Source of the DNA: Candidatus Magasanikiibacteriota bacterium
GTDB lineage: Bacteria > Patescibacteriota > Patescibacteriia > Magasanikbacterales > UBA922
Direction: 5' to 3'
NCBI GenBank assembly: GCA_052034405.1
Contig: JBPOIO010000004.1
Span: 64,751 to 128,750 of the forward strand
DNA length: 64,000 nucleotides
This document shows positions 19,896-29,231 of this stretch, piece by piece. The notes under the pieces were generated by a model. That model did no database searches, was not told the origin of the DNA, and worked only from the letters and a program-made list of their open reading frames with translations. Both the position numbers and the translations under genes were made by a program. Position 1 is the stretch's first letter; every line of letters begins with the position of its first letter.

Positions 19896-21041
19896 ATGGC
19901 CCTCAATGATATTGAACAAATTCAGCATCTCTTGAACGAAAGCAAACATATTTTGATTACTTTTCGTAAAGATGGAAACGGCGACGCAATTGCATCATCT
20001 CTTGCGCTTGCTTTATTTTTACAAAAACAAAACAAACACGTCGACATTGTAGTCGATCGTTTTGTCTTGGCCAAAAAGTTTTCCTTTCTCCCTTCTTCAA
20101 AACATATCAAATCACAATTTCCTCATCTTCAAAAATTTATTATTACTCTTGATCTTAAAAACAGTGGTGCCCAAGAACTGAGCTATGATATCAAAGATAA
20201 CAAACTCCAAATTTTTATTACACCAAAAACAGGATCTATTAACCGTGACCAAATTCAAACCGCACAGTCCGAATTTCGATACGACCTGATTATTACTCTC
20301 GATAGCCCAGATTTGGCATCACTTGGTGCGCTCACAGAAATGAACACTTCGCTTTTTTACGCACTTCCAATTCTCAATATTGACTACAAAGCAAACAACG
20401 AACGCTACGGACAAATCAATGTGGTATCCCTCACTTCTACTTCCACCAGTGAAGTTGTAGCCGAACTTCTCCGTAAACTTTCTGAAACAGATATTGATCA
20501 CAATATTGCAACAGCGCTTCTCACAGGAATGATCGCCAATACCAACAGCTTCAAAACAAAAGATATCAAACCAAGTACACTCGCACTCGCCAGTCGTCTC
20601 ATCGGCATGGGAGCTGACCGCGAATATATTATCCAAGAACTCTACCGTACCAAAACACTCGCTGCCCTCAAACTCTGGGGACAAGCACTTGCACACCTAG
20701 AATTTGATACAACATTTGGTATTGCCTCAACTACTATTACACGAGAAGATTTTGCTCGCACAGGCGCTACAGAACACGATCTTTATGATATTGTAGACGA
20801 ACTTATTGCCAACTCACCAGAAGCAAAACTTATCCTTATCCTTCACGAACACCCACAAGATCATGAGAACAAAAGCATTCATGGAATTTTGCATACCACA
20901 GACCACATTGATGTACACAGCCTTATCGAAACATTTCATCCAGAAGGAACAGGTCGCCGAATATCATTTACCATTACAGGCAAAACTCTAAAAGATGCCG
21001 AAGAAGCAATCCTCGCAGAAATAAAAAAGAATCTTGCATAA
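19896..21041 (+). CDS. DHH-family phosphoesterase (NrnA-like nanoRNase/pAp phosphatase architecture: DHH plus DHHA1)
   Basis: The N-terminal DHH-domain motifs are GNGDAIASSLAL and a hydrophobic core, and there is a C-terminal DHHA1-like region. The product is 381 aa. Confidence 0.6.
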   Translation: MALNDIEQIQHLLNESKHILITFRKDGNGDAIASSLALALFLQKQNKHVDIVVDRFVLAKKFSFLPSSKHIKSQFPHLQKFIITLDLKNSGAQELSYDIKDNKLQIFITPKTGSINRDQIQTAQSEFRYDLIITLDSPDLASLGALTEMNTSLFYALPILNIDYKANNERYGQINVVSLTSTSTSEVVAELLRKLSETDIDHNIATALLTGMIANTNSFKTKDIKPSTLALASRLIGMGADREYIIQELYRTKTLAALKLWGQALAHLEFDTTFGIASTTITREDFARTGATEHDLYDIVDELIANSPEAKLILILHEHPQDHENKSIHGILHTTDHIDVHSLIETFHPEGTGRRISFTITGKTLKDAEEAILAEIKKNLA

Positions 21042-21059
21042 AACAAGATTCTTTTTTTA
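21027..21059. terminator. Bidirectional terminator (aagaatcttg-cataaaa-caagattctt plus T-run) overlapping the DHH gene stop
   Basis: A 10-bp perfect stem is flanked by an A-run and a T-run. It lies between the convergent genes 19896..21041(+) and 21069..22646(-). Confidence 0.6.
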
Positions 21060-21068
21060 TCTCAAAAT

Positions 21069-22646
21069 TTAAATCAAAGCCCGTCCACTCATCTCTGGCG
21101 GTTGTTCAAGTCCCAAAATACTCAAAATTGTTGGCGCAACGTCTGCAAGCATCCCAACCGGTGGCATAAGAGAGAGATCCCCTTCAATAGGATCCCCCGC
21201 TGGACCAGCCACTCCACGATACTGTTCACCAATAATCATAAAGGGCACAGAATTTGTACTGTGTTCTTTGTCAATTTCTCCAGTTTGCAAATTTTTTACT
21301 TCTTCCGCATTGCCATGATCTGCAGTAATGAGCAAGACCCCACCTTTGGCCATGGTATATTCGGCCAATGTACCAATCGCACGATCTACTGCTTCTACAC
21401 CCTTCACTGTTGCTTCCATATTCCCCGTATGCCCAACCATATCTGGATTTGCAAAATTCAAAAATATCACATCATATTGTTCTGCCTGAATTACTTTTAC
21501 TGTTTCTTTTACAATCTCATCTGCCGACATTTCTGGAGCCAAATCATAAGAAGCTACTTTTGGTGAAGGAATAATTTTGCGATCTTCTCCAGGAAAAGCT
21601 TCTTCACGAGTACCATTCAAAAAAAATGTTACATGCGCGTATTTTTCTGTTTCTGCAATATGAAATTGTTTCAGTCCTGCTTTACTAATCACTTCTGCCA
21701 AACAGTTACTTACCACCTGTGGAGGGAAAGCAACGGTCACGGGCAATTCTTTTTCGTATTCTGCCATGGTCACAAAAAACAGATCCTTCATGTATACCCG
21801 ATCAAATTTTGTAAAACCAGGAAGCACAAAAGCCTGTGCCAGTTGACGTGCACGATCTGGACGAAAGTTAAAAAATATCACTGAATCTCCATTTTCAATC
21901 TTGGCCGTAGGAGCACCTTCGGATCCAATAACCGTAGGAACAAATTCTTCGTCATATACTTTTTTGGCATAGGAAGCTTCTACTGCACTCACAGCGTCAG
22001 TTGCATACACATCTGCCCGACCATCGGTCATAGCAAGATATGCTTTTTGTACACGATCCCAACGATTATCACGATCCATGGCAAAATAACGACCTGACAA
22101 TGTTGCAATTTTTCCTACTCCAAGTTCTTTCATTTTTGCTTCAAGAAGTCGAACAAAATCAACCCCAGCATTGAAAATCGTATCGCGACCATCCAAAATT
22201 ACATGAACATAGACTTTATTCAAGCCCTGACGCTTACAAAATTCAAGTAAAGCAAACAAATGATCCTGCGAAGCATGCACATTCCCAGGACTCACAAGCC
22301 CGAGTAAATGTATAGGTTTGTCCGCAGATTTTGCATGCTCAGCAGCCTTTACAAAAGCAGTATTATCAAAAAAACTTCCGTCCTGAATACTTTTATTAAT
22401 GAGTGGAAATGTCTGGTAATATACTCGTCCTGCCCCAATATTGAGGTGTCCTACTTCACTGTTTCCCATTTCACCAAATGATAATCCAACTTCAGAACCC
22501 GAAGCGAGCACGGTCATCACTGGATATTCACGAATAAATTTGTCCCAATTTGGTTTATTCGCGCGAGTAATAGCATTGCCATCACTGTCTGGAGCAACGC
22601 CAAATCCATCCAAAATTGCAAGTACGAGTGGTTTAGGTCGAGGCAT
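21069..22646 (-). CDS. gpmI: 2,3-bisphosphoglycerate-independent phosphoglycerate mutase (iPGM), copy 1
   Basis: The N-terminal signature reads LVLAILDGFGVAPDSDGNAI...GSEVGLSFGEMGNSEVGHLNIGAGRVYYQ, and the C-terminal metal-binding motifs are ADHGN and DMVGHTG. The product is 525 aa. Confidence 0.93.
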   Translation of the reverse strand: MPRPKPLVLAILDGFGVAPDSDGNAITRANKPNWDKFIREYPVMTVLASGSEVGLSFGEMGNSEVGHLNIGAGRVYYQTFPLINKSIQDGSFFDNTAFVKAAEHAKSADKPIHLLGLVSPGNVHASQDHLFALLEFCKRQGLNKVYVHVILDGRDTIFNAGVDFVRLLEAKMKELGVGKIATLSGRYFAMDRDNRWDRVQKAYLAMTDGRADVYATDAVSAVEASYAKKVYDEEFVPTVIGSEGAPTAKIENGDSVIFFNFRPDRARQLAQAFVLPGFTKFDRVYMKDLFFVTMAEYEKELPVTVAFPPQVVSNCLAEVISKAGLKQFHIAETEKYAHVTFFLNGTREEAFPGEDRKIIPSPKVASYDLAPEMSADEIVKETVKVIQAEQYDVIFLNFANPDMVGHTGNMEATVKGVEAVDRAIGTLAEYTMAKGGVLLITADHGNAEEVKNLQTGEIDKEHSTNSVPFMIIGEQYRGVAGPAGDPIEGDLSLMPPVGMLADVAPTILSILGLEQPPEMSGRALI

Positions 22647-22660
22647 AGTATCAAAATTTG

Positions 22661-22789
22661 TAATTACTCATGTGGCGTATAAAGCATTTGCATTTTTTGC
22701 GGGTTACGACCTGCGCACAGGTCGTCCCTGATGAGCCCACGGCGAGGAAAGCAAAAAGAGCAAATGTGTATACGTCATGATGAGTAATT
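22661..22789. repeat. Intergenic element between the iPGM paralogs: 11-bp perfect inverted repeat (taattactcat / atgagtaatta) enclosing a GC-rich core with an 8-bp hairpin (acgacctg-cgca-caggtcgt, about 22706-22725)
   Basis: The two inverted-repeat arms are about 107 bp apart. The left arm lies 15 nt upstream of the gpmI copy-1 start codon. The core has a much higher GC content than its surroundings. Confidence 0.4.
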
Positions 22790-22795
22790 ATGAAT

Positions 22796-24370
22796 TTAAA
22801 TTAAAGATTTTCCAGTCATTTCTTTTGGCTTTTTAATACCAAGCAATTTTAATACAGTTGGAGCGACATCTGCAAGTTTTCCACTCTTTGCCTTCATTTT
22901 TTTCTTGAACAAATCTTTTTGCACAATGATAAACGGCACTGTGTTGATTGTGTGCTCGGTCAAATGTTCCCCTGTTACTTCATCAAACATTTCTTCGGCA
23001 TTGCCATGATCTGCCACAATCACTACGGTTCCATCTCTACGAAGTGTCGCCTCCACAATACGCGCCACAGCCCGGTCTACTGCTGTTACAGCAATCTTTG
23101 CAGCTTCAAAATCTCCTGTATGCCCAAGCATATCTGCATTTGGAAAATTCACACAGAAAAAATCAAATTTGCTCGAAGCCAAATATTTGAAAATACGTTT
23201 TGATATTTTTTTGATACTCATTTCTGGTTTCTCTGCATAGGACATTTCTTCAAAAGAAGAAACAAGTTCACGAATTTCACCATTAATGGCTTTGGCAAAT
23301 CCCCCATTCATAAAGTAAGTTACATGGGCATATTTTTCTGTCTCCGAAATAAAAAGCTGCCTGCGATTTTCACCAATCGCTTTTGCTAAACAATTTTGAA
23401 TATCTGGACTTGGAAATGCCGTCAAAATCCCTAGCAAGTCAGGACCAAAATCAGTAAGAGCCACAAAGCAAATATCTTTCAAGACTTTTTTTCTTTTGAA
23501 ACTTTCTATATTTTCTTCTTCAAAATCTTTTTGCACAATCGCCTTGGTAATTTGACGTGCACGGTCACTACGACAATTGAAAAAAATTACTGCATCATAA
23601 TCATTCATCTGAGCAATAGCTTTTCCATGCTCGGTAATAATCGTCGGAGTAATATATTCATCTGTTTCTCCTCGATTGTATCCGTGTTCCACCGCAGCTT
23701 CTGCACTTGGCGCTTTATGCATTCCTTCATCGAGCGTCAAGACATTGTATGCTTTTTCTGTACGATCCCAATTTTTGGCACGGTCCATGGCATACATGCG
23801 CCCCATGATACTAACAATTTTTTCATTGCCAGTCATATGTGTTCGCAAAATTCGAATATATTCTGTAGCAGAATGTGGAGAAGAATCACGACCATCGGTA
23901 AAGAGATGCAAATACACTGGAATTGTTTTTTCTTTTTTGAGCATGTCGAGAATAGCATAGAGATGCTCTGGATGTGCATGCGCACTTTGTCCATCGGTCA
24001 AAAGTCCCATCAAATGAATCGCACTTTTATTTTTGTGTGCATGTTCAATGGCTTTTTTGAGTGCAATATTTTTAAAAAATCTTCCGTCATCAATTTCTTT
24101 TGAAATAGTCACAAGATCTTGTTCGACGATACGTCCGGCACCAATATTGAAATGCCCCGCTTCACTATTGCCCTCTTGATCCGGAAAAAGTCCGACAGCT
24201 TCGCCATGAGCAGTAAGTTGTGTTGACGGATATTGGCGCATATATTCAAAAATATGCGGTGCCGTTTTGGGCGTAATAGCATTCCCAGGTAATTTGTGGT
24301 CACGAAGACCAAAGCCATCAAGGATAATGAGGAAAAAAGGTGAGTTTTTGGAAGTCTTTTTGGTAATCAT
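22796..24370 (-). CDS. 2,3-bisphosphoglycerate-independent phosphoglycerate mutase (iPGM), divergent paralog, copy 2
   Basis: The product shows FFLIILDGFGLRDHKLPGNAI...GEAVGLFPDQEGNSEAGHFNIGAGRIVEQ, ADHGNAEE and DMLGHTG. It is 524 aa and roughly 35-40% identical to copy 1 by eye. Confidence 0.9.
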   Translation of the reverse strand: MITKKTSKNSPFFLIILDGFGLRDHKLPGNAITPKTAPHIFEYMRQYPSTQLTAHGEAVGLFPDQEGNSEAGHFNIGAGRIVEQDLVTISKEIDDGRFFKNIALKKAIEHAHKNKSAIHLMGLLTDGQSAHAHPEHLYAILDMLKKEKTIPVYLHLFTDGRDSSPHSATEYIRILRTHMTGNEKIVSIMGRMYAMDRAKNWDRTEKAYNVLTLDEGMHKAPSAEAAVEHGYNRGETDEYITPTIITEHGKAIAQMNDYDAVIFFNCRSDRARQITKAIVQKDFEEENIESFKRKKVLKDICFVALTDFGPDLLGILTAFPSPDIQNCLAKAIGENRRQLFISETEKYAHVTYFMNGGFAKAINGEIRELVSSFEEMSYAEKPEMSIKKISKRIFKYLASSKFDFFCVNFPNADMLGHTGDFEAAKIAVTAVDRAVARIVEATLRRDGTVVIVADHGNAEEMFDEVTGEHLTEHTINTVPFIIVQKDLFKKKMKAKSGKLADVAPTVLKLLGIKKPKEMTGKSLI

Positions 24371-24482
24371 AGTACAGATAGTATAACGGATTTAGATATG
24401 TTTATCAATGAAGGATATTGACTTTTAGGCTAAAAATGATAGGGTGATACTAGACCAACGTCACCCAAGAAGGGGGTGCATC

Positions 24483-25286
24483 ATGCTCTGGTATTTCGTG
24501 TCCGCGGGTCTCGGCATTCTCGCCGGGATCCTAATCGGTAAAGCCCTGCAAAAGCGGGGCGAACCACAACGGATCGATGAAGCCATCGACAATGCAATCA
24601 AGACAGAGCGGGCCGAAGTCCGCAAGAAGGAAGAAGCAAATCTCCAAACGAGCCACCACGAGGTGGCGAAGTTCCTGAGCAACCACATCAAAGATCCAGG
24701 AGTAACCTGGGACATTGTAGAACTCTACAACGTCCGCAGCAAGATCAGCCTACGCCTGCTCCTCGGACTCGGGCAAGATAGCCCGATTCTGCTGACGGCA
24801 ATCCTGGCTTCCCACCCCAGCGGAGCTGACGGAACTTTCTTCAGGATGGCGCGCCCGGCGAATATGAGTTCGCCTCCGAATCTGATCACTCCACAACCCG
24901 ACTGGGATGTTGGGATTGCTCAGATCCGCCAGAAGATTCTGATTGTCCCGCAGATCCTGATGTTCAGTGTGATTCCTCGTGCCTACAGGCAAGCACAGTC
25001 CGAAAGCATGAAGACACAGATGAACCCAGGTCTCGGAATGCCACAGGCCTCTTCGCCACCGGCAACGCCCAACGACGAACCCACCCCCGAACTGGTTGTG
25101 GTCGAACCCAGCGCAGCGGCGCAGCGACTGGAAGACGCCGATCCTGACGTCCAGGCCCGCGCAACAGCTGCCCTGACCGAAGCCAAGGCAGCGCATCCTA
25201 TCCCCCCCGCCGACACGGCCCCAGCCGAGACCGAGGCGCCGCGCCCCGAACGCAAGACTCTGGCCTGGACCCCCAAGGGGGGCTGA
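24483..25286 (+). CDS. Hypothetical membrane-anchored protein with a Pro/Ala-rich C-terminal tail, encoded in a GC-rich (about 60% GC) island
   Basis: This is the track ORF 24444..25286, with the likely start at the internal ATG (MLWYFVSAGLGILAGILIGKAL, a TM helix). It has GC-rich third codon positions, an SD-like AAGGGGGTG 4 nt upstream, and a possible TTGACT-N16-TAGGGT promoter. The tail is PPATPNDEPTPELVVVEPSAAAQRLEDADPDVQARATAALTEAKAAHPIPPADTAPAETEAPRPERK. No domain was recognised. My nucleotide reading and the track frame differ by 1 nt near 25260. Confidence 0.45.
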   Translation: MLWYFVSAGLGILAGILIGKALQKRGEPQRIDEAIDNAIKTERAEVRKKEEANLQTSHHEVAKFLSNHIKDPGVTWDIVELYNVRSKISLRLLLGLGQDSPILLTAILASHPSGADGTFFRMARPANMSSPPNLITPQPDWDVGIAQIRQKILIVPQILMFSVIPRAYRQAQSESMKTQMNPGLGMPQASSPPATPNDEPTPELVVVEPSAAAQRLEDADPDVQARATAALTEAKAAHPIPPADTAPAETEAPRPERKTLAWTPKGG

Positions 25287-25294
25287 GCCAACCA

Positions 25295-25398
25295 CCCCGC
25301 GCGTACGATGCGCGGGGATCGTTCATTCACCACACGCAGGTCGCCGACGGCTGCGTGTCCCGCCATCTGTGCCACGAGGAGGGAACCCGTCGGCACAG
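25295..25398. other. Three consecutive perfect GC-rich hairpins (25295-25317, 25332-25358, 25367-25398) in the 3' region of the GC-rich gene
   Basis: The three hairpins are ccccgcgc-gtacgat-gcgcgggg, acacgcag-(11 nt)-ctgcgtgt, and ctgtgcc-(18 nt)-ggcacag. The 18-nt loop of the third contains GAGGAGGG. They resemble a REP-like or structured 3'-UTR module. Confidence 0.4.
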
Positions 25399-25407
25399 CA
25401 AAAAAAA

Positions 25408-25434
25408 CTCTCTTCTTTCGAAGGGAGTTTTTTT
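25408..25434. terminator. Bidirectional terminator (ctctcttc-tttc-gaagggag plus T7), preceded by an A-run
   Basis: It lies between the GC-rich plus-strand gene and the convergent ruvX (minus-strand stop at 25445). Confidence 0.6.
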
Positions 25435-25444
25435 GATCTACAAA

Positions 25445-25834
25445 CTAGAGAGAACTATTCTTTTTGCTAAGATAGGTTTCAAGGATAATCATGGCAGATT
25501 TTTCGTCCACACTCGACTCCCCTCCCATATTGTTGGCTTCGTGTGTAGAAAAACGTTCATCCACAAAATGCATAGGCACTTCTACATGTTCTTTGAGCTT
25601 TTCGGCGAATGTTCGAACACGTCCAGTGGCTTCGGTTTCTTCATTATTCATTCCAAGAGGAAGACCAAAAACAATCTCTTCAAAGTCTTCTTTCAAAACC
25701 AAATCTTTTATATTCAAAAATACTTTTGGCTCAAAATTTTGCATGCTTCCAAAAGGAAACACAATATCAAGATCAGTATCTGTCATAGCAAGACCAAGAG
25801 TTTTTGTTCCAAAGTCGATAGCGAGGATCTTCAT
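25445..25834 (-). CDS. ruvX: Putative pre-16S rRNA nuclease / Holliday-junction-resolvase-like protein YqgF
   Basis: The N-terminus MKILAIDFGTKTLGLAMTD is the RNase H-like YqgF signature. The 129-aa size fits. Confidence 0.8.
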   Translation of the reverse strand: MKILAIDFGTKTLGLAMTDTDLDIVFPFGSMQNFEPKVFLNIKDLVLKEDFEEIVFGLPLGMNNEETEATGRVRTFAEKLKEHVEVPMHFVDERFSTHEANNMGGESSVDEKSAMIILETYLSKKNSSL

Positions 25835-25843
25835 AAAATATTT

Positions 25844-26659
25844 TTATTCGTTTGGTCTTCGGGTAATTACCTCTGGACCTTTTTTTGTAATAATAACAGT
25901 ATGTTCAAAATGCGCACTCATACTTCCATCAGCCGTCTGTATACTCCAACCATCATTTGCTGTTTTTACTCTCCACGTACCAAGAGTAATCATTGGCTCA
26001 AGAGCCAGCACCACATTTTCTTTCAAGATCCACTGCTCGAGTTCTTCGTTATAATAATTGGCAACATGAGGTTCTTCGTGCACCGCATGACCCACACCAT
26101 GCCCAACCAGATCTCGTACAATACCATACTTCCCTTGAGAATCAACATAGTCTTCGATAGCGCGACCAATATCCGCAACAGTATTTCCAATAACACACTG
26201 CTCCAAACCTTTTTCCAAAGAAATTCTTGTTACTTCAAGTAAGTCTCTATATTCTTTTGAAATTTTTTTACCAGCCACAACAGTCAGTGCTGTATCCACA
26301 AAAAATCCATTTCCATTTGGCCCAGCCCCGCAATTTGCGGGGTACTGCATACCAATATCAAGACTCACCAAGTCCCCTGCCTGTATAATTTTTTCTGCAC
26401 TCGGAATCCCATGCACCACTTCGTCATTGAGAGAAAAACACAAAGTTCCTGGAAAAGGTGTATCTCCACGACGAGTTTTGTATCCTTTGAAAGCAGGAAC
26501 ACCACCAGACTCTAGAATTAATTTTTCTGCCATTCGGTCAATCTCCAAACTGCTAACCCCAGGTTTGATCATTTTTTCAAGGGTTTCCAAAATTTCGCCC
26601 ATCTTTCGACCGCCTTCACGCAAATACTTTATTTCTGAAGATTTTTTTGTATATGACAT
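25844..26659 (-). CDS. map: Methionine aminopeptidase, type I
   Basis: The metal-binding residues are in the expected context: D...D (LVSLDIG), H (VGHGVGHAVHEEP) and E...E. The product is 271 aa. Confidence 0.93.
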   Translation of the reverse strand: MSYTKKSSEIKYLREGGRKMGEILETLEKMIKPGVSSLEIDRMAEKLILESGGVPAFKGYKTRRGDTPFPGTLCFSLNDEVVHGIPSAEKIIQAGDLVSLDIGMQYPANCGAGPNGNGFFVDTALTVVAGKKISKEYRDLLEVTRISLEKGLEQCVIGNTVADIGRAIEDYVDSQGKYGIVRDLVGHGVGHAVHEEPHVANYYNEELEQWILKENVVLALEPMITLGTWRVKTANDGWSIQTADGSMSAHFEHTVIITKKGPEVITRRPNE

Positions 26660-26666
26660 AACAAAA

Positions 26667-27359
26667 TTAATTTATACCAAGAACACGTCGTAGTTCTGCA
26701 TCTACCTCGAGAATACTTTGACTTCCGTCAATTACAAAGACATGCCCTATACTTTTATAATAATCCACAATTGGCCGAATCATCACATTCCCCTGACTTT
26801 CAATACGTTTCTCGGCTATTTCTGGATGATCGTCATTTCGTACTTCCAAATTTCCTCCACATTTTTCACAAATTTCTTTTTTGAAATTATCTGGTGAATA
26901 TGGAATGATATATTGACAAAGCGAACATACTTTACGTTTTGTCAAACGTTGAAAACTCAGCTCATCACTAATTTGAATTTCCACAACCGCAACTTGATCT
27001 TGAATTCCCTTGGATTCAAAATATCTTTCGTATTCTTTGGCCTGCTCATAGGTACGAATAGCACCATCCAAAATTGCCACTTTTCCTTGTGCAAAAGCTT
27101 CGTCAATAGCATGAAAAGCAATTTTGTAGACCAATGCATCTGGCACCAAGGCACCAGATTTCATATGATGCACAAAATCCTTATCCTCTGGAGCAATACT
27201 TGGATCAGAATCAATATTGCGAAAAAGCTGTCCCGTAGAGATATGTACAAATGTTGTATCCTGTGCCAAAAGCTGTGCTTCTGTACCTTTTCCACTTCCA
27301 GGAATTCCCATGAGAATAATCACCTTCCACTTGTTGTTATCGGCCATAAAAAATGTCAA
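26667..27359 (-). CDS. adk: Adenylate kinase with zinc-binding LID
   Basis: The P-loop is GIPGSGKGT and the LID carries CSLCQ...CEKCGG. The gene sits in the conserved position next to secY and map. Confidence 0.93.
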   Translation of the reverse strand: MTFFMADNNKWKVIILMGIPGSGKGTEAQLLAQDTTFVHISTGQLFRNIDSDPSIAPEDKDFVHHMKSGALVPDALVYKIAFHAIDEAFAQGKVAILDGAIRTYEQAKEYERYFESKGIQDQVAVVEIQISDELSFQRLTKRKVCSLCQYIIPYSPDNFKKEICEKCGGNLEVRNDDHPEIAEKRIESQGNVMIRPIVDYYKSIGHVFVIDGSQSILEVDAELRRVLGIN

Positions 27360-27474
27360 AATTGAACTTAGAACAAGACGTCCGTACTATAACAAAAAAC
27401 CTGGTTCTATGCAAGAAAAAAAGAATCCTGGCTTTTCACCAGAATTCTTTTATTTTGAAAATTGTAAATATTTT

Positions 27475-28746
27475 CTAAACGTGATCGTATTCATGAAGTG
27501 TAAGCTGTGCCTCAATTTGTTTTGCTGTTTCAATACAAACACTCACCACAATGAGGATACTTGTTCCACCAATAATCAAAGATTGACTACCTGTAAAAAA
27601 CTGTAAGATATTTGGAAGTACGGCAATAATCCCAAGAAACAAAGCTCCTGAAAAAACCAAACGATGCATGATAGTTCCAATATATTCTTCGGTTTGTTTT
27701 CCTGGACGAATACCTGGAATAAATCCACCTTGACGCTGCAAATTTTCTGCAATTTTTTGAGGTTGGAAAATAACAGCAGTATAGAAATAGGTAAATCCAA
27801 ATACCAAGACAAAATATGCTACTCCGTAAAACAATTGATTTTGAAACAAAGTAATCACCTGCTGAGCAAAAATAGCTCCACGACCAGTTCCTCCAACAAA
27901 GAATTGAGCAATTACGGTTGGAAATAACACAACAGATATAGCAAAGATAATTGGAATTACACCAGCCATATTCACACGAAGTGGAAGGTGTGTACTTGCT
28001 CCAGCAGTCCCATATCCACCACGGCCTTGTTTGGCATAACTTACTGGGATATTTCGTTGACCTTCACTAATAAGTACGACTCCAAAGATAGTAAGAACAA
28101 CAACCGCAAGATATCCAATATAGGTCAAAATATTTGAAGAATCGTAGTTGACAATAACTGTTTGCAATGTTTGAGGAAGAGAAGATACGATTCCCGCAAA
28201 GATAAGAAGTGAGATACCATTTCCTACTTTTCGCTCTGTAATAAGTTCACCAATCCACATGAGGAACATGGTTCCGGCCGTTGCAGTAATCATAATTGCA
28301 GCCACAGAAAATGGAGAGATATCTGTCAAAATTCCACCACCTTGGCGAGAAAGAAGTTTGATAAGTCCATATCCTTGGAGCATCGCAAGAGGTACAGCTG
28401 CGATACGTGTATACATGCTAATTTTTTGTTGTCCTGATTCACCTTCTTTGGTCAATTCTTCAAGAGAAGGAATCACCATAGCAAGAAGCTGGAAGATAAT
28501 TGAAGCAGTAATATATGGAGCAACACCAAGAGTCACAATAGAGAAACTTTTGAGTGTTCCACCAGAAAAAACATTGAGAAGACCAAGAACCTGATTTCCT
28601 TCAAGAAAACTTTTCAAGGCCGCAGTATTAATTCCAGGAACTGGAATATGAGCAACGAGACGGAAAACAACAAGCAAAAAAATAACAAAAAGCAAATCTT
28701 TGCGAACAGAAGGAATCCCCCAAATGCGTTTCAATTTTTCAAACAT
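27475..28746 (-). CDS. secY: Preprotein translocase subunit SecY
   Basis: The 423-aa product has 10 TM segments and the SecY signature GVAPYITASIIFQLL. It sits in the conserved position after rplO. Confidence 0.95.
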   Translation of the reverse strand: MFEKLKRIWGIPSVRKDLLFVIFLLVVFRLVAHIPVPGINTAALKSFLEGNQVLGLLNVFSGGTLKSFSIVTLGVAPYITASIIFQLLAMVIPSLEELTKEGESGQQKISMYTRIAAVPLAMLQGYGLIKLLSRQGGGILTDISPFSVAAIMITATAGTMFLMWIGELITERKVGNGISLLIFAGIVSSLPQTLQTVIVNYDSSNILTYIGYLAVVVLTIFGVVLISEGQRNIPVSYAKQGRGGYGTAGASTHLPLRVNMAGVIPIIFAISVVLFPTVIAQFFVGGTGRGAIFAQQVITLFQNQLFYGVAYFVLVFGFTYFYTAVIFQPQKIAENLQRQGGFIPGIRPGKQTEEYIGTIMHRLVFSGALFLGIIAVLPNILQFFTGSQSLIIGGTSILIVVSVCIETAKQIEAQLTLHEYDHV

Positions 28747-28771
28747 ATAATTGTAAAGAGAAAAAACGGCA

Positions 28772-29221
28772 CTAGAATTTCAATGTGCCGCCGTTTTGTT
28801 CGATAGAAGCAATAACTGATTTTGAAGCAAGGCATCCTGTAAGATTCAATGCTTTTGTCAATTTTCCTGAAGCAATAATTTTTACTCCGTTTTTGGCACT
28901 ACGGATAAGTCCGCGGTCTTCCAAAATTTGAGGACTTACTTTTGCACCAGAAGCAAATACGCGTTCAAGTGTAAAAAGAGTCACAGCTTGAGGTTTCAAA
29001 AGTGAAGCTTTGAATCCCAAACCACGAAGTTTTGGTACTTTTTGAAGAGCATGTTTAAAAGAGCGACGAGCATTTCCACCACGTCCACCAGAACGAGCTT
29101 TTTGCCCTTTGGTTCCACGACCAGCAGTAGTTCCCTTTTGAGAACCATTACCACGTCCAACGCGTTTACTTTTACGGTTAGAACCAACACTTGGTTGTAG
29201 GGTATGAAGTTGAAGACTCAT
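28772..29221 (-). CDS. rplO: 50S ribosomal protein L15
   Basis: The Gly/Arg-rich N-terminus reads RKSKRVGRGNGSQKGTTAGRGTKGQKARSGGRGG. The product is 149 aa. Confidence 0.9.
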   Translation of the reverse strand: MSLQLHTLQPSVGSNRKSKRVGRGNGSQKGTTAGRGTKGQKARSGGRGGNARRSFKHALQKVPKLRGLGFKASLLKPQAVTLFTLERVFASGAKVSPQILEDRGLIRSAKNGVKIIASGKLTKALNLTGCLASKSVIASIEQNGGTLKF

Positions 29222-29231
29222 AATTCAATGA

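Noticed and set aside
22700-22760. Possible hammerhead ribozyme (a CUGAUGAG motif next to a hairpin) between the iPGM paralogs
   Set aside because: The GAAA element is not positioned directly after a stem II closed by a C, and no proper stem III / UH cleavage-site arrangement could be drawn. This is motif resemblance only.
24750-25396. Minus-strand ORFs 24750..25295 and 24983..25396, and the plus ORF 24964..25164, in the GC-rich island
   Set aside because: High GC suppresses stop codons in all frames. The plus-strand frame of 24483..25286 has GC-rich third codon positions, an SD and a TM start. The others are Arg/Gly/Ala-rich, low-complexity frame artefacts.
25355-26242. 295-aa plus-strand ORF (MSRHLCHEEG...)
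   Set aside because: It is antisense to the well-supported ruvX and map genes. Its Lys/Phe/Ile-rich composition is typical of the reverse frame of AT-rich genes.
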